Shown here: one piece after another, positions 24,498-32,300 of the stretch
Layout: every line of letters starts with the position of its first letter
Position numbering within the stretch: the stretch's first letter is position 1
IMG/VR virus record: IMGVR_UViG_3300017784_004349
Location: 1-34,916 of that record
DNA length: 34,916 nucleotides
Direction: 5' to 3' (one strand)
Source: a virus
Lineage: Duplodnaviria; Caudoviricetes
Notes under the pieces: model-generated
Told to the model about the DNA's origin: nothing
What the model saw: the letters and a program-made list of their open reading frames with translations, nothing else
The model's database searches: none
Position numbers and translations under genes: made by a program

Positions 24498-26401
24498 TGC
24501 CCCTACTGGACAACAACTCACTAGACGATCAGCTTTTGCTGGATGGAAGTGTGACGTTTTCTGACGGCCAGTATAGCGATACCTTGTCGGTTGCTGCTCC
24601 GGAGAATTCGATGCGCTTAGGCTTGAATGTTGACTTTAATTCGACTGGCGGACTTGTTACAAGGGTTGGAACAAGCTCCGTTGTCGGCCAAACTGTTACT
24701 GGTAGTTGGGAGAGCCAGGTTTTTCAATGGCAATTATTGAATTCGTATTTTAGCGCTGCTTACGCAGCCCCAATCCGCGACGCCTTTTACTTTTCGAGTC
24801 CTGGCTATGAGCGTGTAGCTTTTACTGACGGTTCCACTAGCCCTACCTGCATCAAGCTTACCGGTGAATTGATTGGCACCACCGCGCTTCCTAGCTCTAC
24901 ACATGCCACCAATGTTTATTTTGCTCAATTGACGGACAAGCTTTACTATTGCGACGGCGTTAACGCTTTAAGATACGTCAATGTATCATCTTCGGCTACT
25001 GCTGCAATTACCGCTGGCCGAGTTGTGAGTGTTGAGATGGTTGAGAAGGGTCGGGGATACACTACTGCTCCTGCTGTTACTATTGTTGCTTCCGCTGGCT
25101 CAAGCGCAGCGCTTCTGGCTGTTTTGACTCCAGACGGCGAAGTCGGAAGAATCACCGTTACTACGCAGGGAACCGGTTATTCTCCCGACATCACTCTAAC
25201 CGTTGCCGCTGCTCCTGCGGGCGGCGTTAGAGCTACTGCCGTAGCCCATTTAAGCGAAACCCCGCTTATGGCTAAGCTTTTGGTGAGTCATACTAGCCGA
25301 TTGTTTTGCGCCAGCGATGACGCTAGCTCTACAACTGACACTGTTTACGTCTCTGATATTCTTGATGGCGAGGCTTGGAGCTTGATTTCCAACAGCATCC
25401 GCATAGGCGGCGGCGAGGGCGATCCCATCACTGCGCTTTACTCTTGGTTTGGATACAAGCTGCTTGTTTTTAAGCAGCGCAGTATTTGGGTTATCAACGC
25501 TGACCCAAGTCAGGACGTTGGTGATTGGACTGTCGAATTGATTACCAACTCCACTGGTTGCGTTGCACATAAAACTGTGCGGATGGTTGGCAATGACGTT
25601 TTCTTTTTGTCTATCAATGGCGTCGAGAGCCTCTCCACGATTCAAAACGGGGCGCAAACTGGTTTGTCACTCCCGATTTCAACCCCAATTAGGGATGTGA
25701 TTGAAACGATTAACCAAACCTACGCCTCTCTTTCTTCTGCTATTTATTATCGCAATCGGTACATTATCAGCTTTCCGACAGTCTCTGCTGATATTAGCGA
25801 CACCTACGTTTACAACACTGTTCAAAAGGCGTGGAGTGGCGGTTGGTCTGGTTGGCGACCCAGATCATACATCATCACTTCTTTTGGCGGCAAATCGAGA
25901 CTGAGTTTTGGAGACGAAACCGGAGCGCTTTTAACTTTCAATGATTACTTTACTCAGTCTAGTCTTAACGAATCCCACTTTACCGACTCTGGGGTTTCTT
26001 ACCCGTCAACGGTTGTAACCAAGTCTTACAATTTTGGCGAGTTTTATGGCGACAAACTTGGTTATCAGGTCATGTTTGAACTCGACAACACATTCGCTAA
26101 TCCCCAATCGGTTGAGTTTTTTCAGTTTTCAAACTTGGACATATCAAACTTTGAGATTATTACAAACGATGAGTTTGTGATTAACACTCAGGACAGTTTT
26201 TATATCAGCACCGAGCAGTCTGGTCTTTTTGCCCCAGCTTCCATCCCTGCTGATAAAACTCTTTACAGAAAGTCTTTTAACATTCAGTCTCGCGGCAAGT
26301 TTACGGAGACCCAGTTTTCTGCAACCACGCCTTCTGGCAGGCTGTCGCTGCATAGCGTGAAGGCGTCAGCGTTTTCTGATACAATACGACCTGAGGTTTA
26401 A
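24497..26401 (+). CDS. Tail nozzle / stabilisation protein (tail tubular B, P22 gp10-like beta-propeller)
   Basis: GDPITAL..KLLVFKQRSIW..GCVAHKTV..DVFFLSINGV; inserted GRGYTTAPAVTI module. Confidence 0.8.
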   Translation: MPLLDNNSLDDQLLLDGSVTFSDGQYSDTLSVAAPENSMRLGLNVDFNSTGGLVTRVGTSSVVGQTVTGSWESQVFQWQLLNSYFSAAYAAPIRDAFYFSSPGYERVAFTDGSTSPTCIKLTGELIGTTALPSSTHATNVYFAQLTDKLYYCDGVNALRYVNVSSSATAAITAGRVVSVEMVEKGRGYTTAPAVTIVASAGSSAALLAVLTPDGEVGRITVTTQGTGYSPDITLTVAAAPAGGVRATAVAHLSETPLMAKLLVSHTSRLFCASDDASSTTDTVYVSDILDGEAWSLISNSIRIGGGEGDPITALYSWFGYKLLVFKQRSIWVINADPSQDVGDWTVELITNSTGCVAHKTVRMVGNDVFFLSINGVESLSTIQNGAQTGLSLPISTPIRDVIETINQTYASLSSAIYYRNRYIISFPTVSADISDTYVYNTVQKAWSGGWSGWRPRSYIITSFGGKSRLSFGDETGALLTFNDYFTQSSLNESHFTDSGVSYPSTVVTKSYNFGEFYGDKLGYQVMFELDNTFANPQSVEFFQFSNLDISNFEIITNDEFVINTQDSFYISTEQSGLFAPASIPADKTLYRKSFNIQSRGKFTETQFSATTPSGRLSLHSVKASAFSDTIRPEV

Positions 26402-26458
26402 CGGCTAAACATTTTCACGCTTTGCGATTTAACAAAAAAACTAAAAAGGTATAAACAT

Positions 26459-27889
26459 ATGGAATTTGCTGCTCTTACTCTTGTTGGTGCTTTAGTTGGC
26501 GCTTTTTCGGGCGGCGGATCTAAGGCGCCTCCACCCCCAGCCGCTCCTAAATACCCCGATGTGTATGCTAGCGGCATTTCCGCTGACGCCGATTCCCTTG
26601 CGGCTAGGCGCGGAATCGAAGCCGCCGCTGCGAGTGGGGGTAAATATGTAGGCCTCAGCCCTACCGCGACTGATGCAGACCATGCGATGTTTAACCTGGC
26701 GTCAAGATGGGACTCAGAGTTTTTAGCTAAATACCCAGAAACGCTGCCCCCGAATGCAACTGCCGCCCAGAAGCAAGCGTTTGATGCTCGTCAGGTAAAA
26801 TTAAAAGAAGCATTTGCGGCAGCCAATTATGTCAAGGGGAACCCTTACCTCGAATGGTATGGCGGGCGACCTGCGGTTAACCCTGGTAAATTAAGAACTT
26901 ACGACTTCGCGGGTCTTGGCGATGCTGAAATCTCCAAGCTTAGATCTGAGCTAAACCTTTCCACGGCTGACTCTGAGGCTAAAAATCAGCTTACCCTCTT
27001 AAAGAAATACGGAAACGATTACCAGGACTTTGCTCTTGAAGCTCTTAAGCGCCAAGATCCGGAAGGTTTTCAAGGTCGCCTAGACCTTGCGAAAAAGCTT
27101 AGGGGGGATCTTAGTAACGATACGGATATTGTTGAGTCTGATATTGAGCGTGATCTTCGCAATGAAGGCATATCTCTAGCCCGACAAACACCCCAAGACA
27201 CTGGCGATAACGAGCTTCTTAAGCGTGGTCGTGAAGCAGCTATGCGTCGAAGCCTTGAAGAGTTTGATCTTGGCGGCGAGCTTAGTCCTGAACAGCAACG
27301 TCAGGCTGAGCAGGCTGTTCGCGCTGGCGGGGCCGCTCGCGGCCAAGCGTTGTCTTCCAGCGGTGTTATGCGTGAGGCTATGGGCAAGTATAACCTTAGT
27401 AGTGCGTTGTCTCAGAACCGCCTTAACAACCTCATGAATGTTGGCAAGCAAGTTTTTGGCGAGGAGGAATCTATTGCTTCCACCCGGCATGACCGCGCTC
27501 AATCTAAGATGGTTAATCTTTTTAACGCTCAAAGAACCGCCTCTAGTGATTTTAGATCTATGCGTGAGGAGAATTCGGCGGATAACCAGCGTCGCCTTTC
27601 CAATCTTTCAGCCTACTCTTCGGGCAGTCCAATTAGCAGCGGCTTCACTACTTTAAGCGGGGCTTCAAACGGCGCTTCTCCTTATTCACCTTTTGTTGCT
27701 AGAGGCACCCTACTGAACCCTAATGCTGGGGCTGCTTCGGCTGGGTTTGCATCGAACATTTTTGCAGGCAATACTGACATTTACAAATCACAGTCAGCCA
27801 CCGCCGCCTCTGAGGCTGAAGGCCGGGGAGCTTTGCTTGGAACTGCAATAACTGCCGGCGCGATGTACTACGGAAATAAAAGAACATAG
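26459..27889 (+). CDS. Internal virion / DNA ejection protein
   Basis: Hydrophobic Gly-rich N-terminus followed by KAPPPPAAP, helical core, AARG motif and Gly/Ala-rich end. Confidence 0.7.
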   Translation: MEFAALTLVGALVGAFSGGGSKAPPPPAAPKYPDVYASGISADADSLAARRGIEAAAASGGKYVGLSPTATDADHAMFNLASRWDSEFLAKYPETLPPNATAAQKQAFDARQVKLKEAFAAANYVKGNPYLEWYGGRPAVNPGKLRTYDFAGLGDAEISKLRSELNLSTADSEAKNQLTLLKKYGNDYQDFALEALKRQDPEGFQGRLDLAKKLRGDLSNDTDIVESDIERDLRNEGISLARQTPQDTGDNELLKRGREAAMRRSLEEFDLGGELSPEQQRQAEQAVRAGGAARGQALSSSGVMREAMGKYNLSSALSQNRLNNLMNVGKQVFGEEESIASTRHDRAQSKMVNLFNAQRTASSDFRSMREENSADNQRRLSNLSAYSSGSPISSGFTTLSGASNGASPYSPFVARGTLLNPNAGAASAGFASNIFAGNTDIYKSQSATAASEAEGRGALLGTAITAGAMYYGNKRT

Positions 27890-27901
27890 TCATATAAAAT
27901 T

Positions 27902-29317
27902 ATGCCATCATTTGCATCTGGATTAGCTGCTGGACTTTCTCCCGGCATTAACTTTTACGGTCAAAGGCTTGCCGAAGATCGCGCTGAAAAGCGTTTTGAT
28001 ACTCGCTTGGCTGAACAACGGAACTACACTGTTATGCAAGGCTTGATATCTGAGGCTGAAAAGTGGGGCGTTCCTTCTAATGATATAGCTGAAATGGCAA
28101 GCTTTGGTGATACTAGTGCGTTTCGCTCTGTTCTTGAGGAGGCTAAGGCAGATTTTAATGCAGGCTCTAGTCTTACACCCACAGTCCCCACTAAGGGGCA
28201 GTCTGAAAGCCCAAGCTTTTTATATGGCCAATCGGCTAGGGATCGGAAACTTTCTCAAGATGCATCTGATCAAAACAACATTCAACAGGGCAAAATTCTC
28301 GACGAAGTGCGTTTAGTGAAACGCACAGCCTCTCAGCGAGATGCTGAAACGGTGGCCGCACTTGTAAAACAAGCTCAAGAGCTTGGCGTGGGTCAAGATC
28401 AATTGAATTCTCTTCGGGCAAGCGGCGATATTGATTCGCTGTCTAAAGTGGTTGAGAAAGCTCAACAATTTTATAATGCGGGCAGTAGTCTTACTGGAAC
28501 ACATTCTGCAAATCTCTATGACGAGAAACCTGGCGACTTAAGCTACCTTTCAGCTTTTGAAAAAGGTGAAAACCTTAAAAACGAGCGCGGTGCTGCCGTT
28601 GCGGAATCTGCACGTCAGGCGTTGGCAGTTAAAGTGGCAGATGAAATACGTAATGAGGTCACTAACATTCGGGGGATTTCTCCTAACATTGCTGGGCTTC
28701 CATTCGAGTTGAAGGAGAGACTCTTTAGCAATGACCCCGAAGTCAGTCGGGCAGCCGCCTCAGAAATTTCCTTAAACACCACTCTTCGCAGAGAGTCGGA
28801 TGCAGCAAGTGGTAAGGTAAGGGAGTTTTATCAGTATACTGTCACCCCGAAGCCTAAGCCGGTTGTTGCGGCTGCTGGTAAAAATCCTCCACCTAACAGT
28901 CTTGCGGCTGCTGGCAATCCGCCTTTTGATGAAGGTGGAGAAGGTGGTTTCAATCGGCCCCAGTTGTCTCTTGAAGAACAAGAGCGTGACATGCTTATTA
29001 AGGTTCCGATTATCGGTTGGCCGAAAGAAATGGATGAACGCTTGAAATCTAATGATCCCAAAATTTGGCGTGAAGCACTGAAAGAAACTAAAGCAAACAT
29101 TAGCCTTGCCCCCACTCAGTCAACGGAAGGACAGGATGAGATAGCAACAACATTTGGTATTCCTAATCGAAGACCCAATGTCACATACGGAAGGGGTTAT
29201 GTTTGGACTCCAGGAAAATCAAATTATCAGTCTAAGTTTAAGGGCCAACTGGAGGATTCCAGATTAAGATTATTGCCTAGCTATGGTGAGACTGTTTCAG
29301 ATTCTGATCCGAGATAA
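27902..29317 (+). CDS. Internal virion / DNA ejection protein with internal duplications
   Basis: MPSFASGLAAG N-terminus typical of ejection proteins; lies between the pilot-like gene and the giant gene. Confidence 0.65.
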   Translation: MPSFASGLAAGLSPGINFYGQRLAEDRAEKRFDTRLAEQRNYTVMQGLISEAEKWGVPSNDIAEMASFGDTSAFRSVLEEAKADFNAGSSLTPTVPTKGQSESPSFLYGQSARDRKLSQDASDQNNIQQGKILDEVRLVKRTASQRDAETVAALVKQAQELGVGQDQLNSLRASGDIDSLSKVVEKAQQFYNAGSSLTGTHSANLYDEKPGDLSYLSAFEKGENLKNERGAAVAESARQALAVKVADEIRNEVTNIRGISPNIAGLPFELKERLFSNDPEVSRAAASEISLNTTLRRESDAASGKVREFYQYTVTPKPKPVVAAAGKNPPPNSLAAAGNPPFDEGGEGGFNRPQLSLEEQERDMLIKVPIIGWPKEMDERLKSNDPKIWREALKETKANISLAPTQSTEGQDEIATTFGIPNRRPNVTYGRGYVWTPGKSNYQSKFKGQLEDSRLRLLPSYGETVSDSDPR

Positions 29318-29333
29318 CAGGGTTTGACCTTTT

Positions 29334-32300
29334 ATGCCTAACTACATCACAACTCTAGTCAAGGAGCGGTATCCTGAGTTTGCGGATATTCCCGACGACG
29401 AGCTTACGCTTAAATACGCGAAGGACTATCCTGATCAACTTGATAATCCCGAATTCAAGGCTGACTATATTCGCATAAAGTCCGCTTCAAAAACTCCTGA
29501 GCCACGGATGCAAACTGTTGCGGAGTCTTTGGTCGACCTACCTAGCTGGGGTCGGTCTGCTGGAGACCTTGTAGGGGGTTTAGCTAAAGGGGGTGTTGCT
29601 CTTGGTGAAGGGCTTGTTGGAATGGCCGACATCCCTTCTTTTGGTTGGGCTGGTTACGGCTTGGAGAAGGGACTTGGCTACGACCCTCGCTATCTTAAGA
29701 AGCTTATTACTGACAGCCTCCAATCTGAGGAGATGCGTAGGCAACTGGGCAACGTAGAAGCAGCTAAAGGTTTTGCAGGAACAGCTAAAGCTTTGATTCA
29801 GAATCCTTTAGCCCTTACCGATACGCTGCTTGAATCAGGCCCGTCTATGTTTGGCGGACAGGCTATCACTAAAGGGCTATTGAAGTCCGCTCCTGCGATG
29901 AACAAGTTGATCGCGCTAGGCGCTGGCGAGGGAGCTATTGCCGCTGGCAGCACTGCGGAAAGCATTCGCCAACAGACCCCTAGCGGCCTGATCACTCCGG
30001 AGCAGGCGGCTTTATCGGTGTTGGCGGGTGGGGCTACAGGCTTGGTTACGGCTGGCAGCGGCGGTCTGACGAAGCGGATTGGCTTGGATGACGTTGATGC
30101 TTTGCTCCTTGATGGCCAGCGCGTCTCGGTTCCACGGCACATTGGTGTTCGCCTTCCCGCTGGCGCGGCTGTTGAGGGTACGGAGGAATTGTTTCAATCG
30201 ACACAGGAAGCGATTCTTCAGAACATTGCGCTTGGCAAGCCGTGGGATGAGGGCGTTGGCAAGCAGGCGGCGACTGGTATGGTCAGCGGCGCGGCGCTTG
30301 GGGGCGCAATGAATGTTCCCGGCCGAATTAACCCTAGCTCTGCTATTGACAGGGTTAACGCCCAGTTGGAGGCTGCTGAAAAAGCTAGAGCCTCCACAGG
30401 AGATGGTAACGATGCCGTTCGGGCTATTGCTACAGAGGCGGAACTTCGAAGGCTTCTGGAGCAGCAAGCTGCTGAAAAGGAGCAAGCTGCTGAAATTGAA
30501 CGTCGACGAACGGCTAGTCAGGAGAAATATCGGTCTGCGGCTACTCCCGCCGCCTATGCGGAGGCGAAGCGGAAGGAGGTTGAAGAGGCAGCAATCGCTT
30601 TGGTCGAGGCCGAGAATCAAGTACACGAAGTGCCGTTTGATTTAGCGGCCGACGCTGTAGAGGCAAGAGAGATAGCGAAACGGCAATTTCTTGAAGTGGC
30701 ACAAGTGTACGGAATCCCTGAATCGGAAATTGAAACAATTTACCGGAACGCTCGGAGTCAAGCTACCGCCACTCAAACAGGACGTCTGACGCCAGAGGCC
30801 GTGTCGCTGTTAGCTTCAGTGCGAGACAGAAAAGGAGTGCCAGCTTTTGTAACCAATCAACTGCGTAAAATTGCAAAAGAGAACGGAATTGAGATAACTG
30901 ATTCAACGAAGCCGAATGACATCATTGATGCTCTAATGGCAAAGTTCGAGCAGCCCGCCCCCGCCACCCAGCAACAATCTCCCGTGGTTTCTTCACTGGT
31001 TCCTGCGGAAGTACTGCCGCCGGGGACTCCTGCTCCTTTGGAGACGGGAACAACCCCGGCGGCGGTAACGCCAGAGGACATGGAGGCTAAGCTTGAGCGT
31101 GAGCTTGCCGATAAATTCGATGCCGGTCTTAGAGAATCGAATCCGAGGCCGAGTGATCCGTTCTTGGACGGGCCTGATGATGCTCAAAAGCGTCTTAAAT
31201 CTGAGCTTGAGCGCGAGCTTGCCGATAAATTCGATGCTGATCTTAGAGAAGAACTCAGGCTTGAGACTGAATCGAATCCGGAGCCGAGTGATCCATTCTT
31301 GGACGGGCTTGATTATGCTGAAAAGCGTCTTAAACGAGTAGGGTTGCGAGGGGGGCGAGGCAATCTTTATGAAGGCATCATCTCCTCCCCCGTTTGGATT
31401 TCAAGGGACGCTGCTATCGCCTTGATTCAGGTCATTCGCGTCTCATACAAAGTGTCAAAGAGTGTTGTGAAGTCTGCTAGCGTTGCGCTTGATTGGCTTC
31501 GTAAGCAGAATATTCAAGGCTTTAATGATGCGGAAGCGTCTTCGTATATTCAGAAATTACTTAAAGGATCCTCTGCTAATCCCAATGCCCCTACCACTAC
31601 CGCCACCCCTACCCGTGGCGATATTGAAGCTCAGTCATTCCGCATCGTCCCTAGCGGTCAGGGCGATTTTGATGGAATGCGCGCTGGTTATGGCAAGGCT
31701 ACAATCTTAAACACTAAACCCGGCAATCCTGGGTGGCTTGGCAATCCTGATATAGCGAGCGATGTTCGTGGAGGCACTCTAACTAGAGAGCAAGCGGTTA
31801 ATAAGTTTAAGGCTACCTTCCTGAGTAAGATTAAAAACGACACTGAGTTTCGTGATGCAGTGCTTGCGTTGCGTGGGAAGTCTGTCGGGTATTACAAGCC
31901 GAGTGAATTGAACCACCTTAATATTGTTCAGGACTGGCTTGCCGCTCAGCCTGCTTCGGTTGCTGCGACTCCCGCTGTCGCCCGTGGTGAGAATATTGCA
32001 TCCAAGGCTCGCGGTGGGAGCTTGCTGGGGCAGGCATTGACTAACGTAACATTTGGCAAAACGTGGGATATTACTCAGCCTGATATAGTTAAGGCTTTAG
32101 TTTTGTCTGGCCTGATAAAGCCGACGGGCGGTCAAAGTGCAGAGCATTGGTACCAAGCTAACAAGTCTACTCGGTCGGATCCTAGTCAAGACTCCCGCGA
32201 CATGGGGGTAATGTCAAGAATAATCAAGGCTAAGCTTAATCAGTATCCAGAGTTAGTTCGAGCGATTACCAGTAAAGGCGGCTCTGCTTGGCTGCTTTCG

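Noticed and set aside
13943-29317. Genome-wide stop-codon reassignment
   Set aside because: Genes are intact and densely packed under the standard code, and TAA, TAG and TGA all act as stops.
31660-31682. RNA polymerase catalytic motif (GDFDG) suggesting an N4- or crAss-like virion RNAP
   Set aside because: It reads GDFDGM and lacks the third Asp. LDGDG near 34350 also lacks the surrounding RNAP context.
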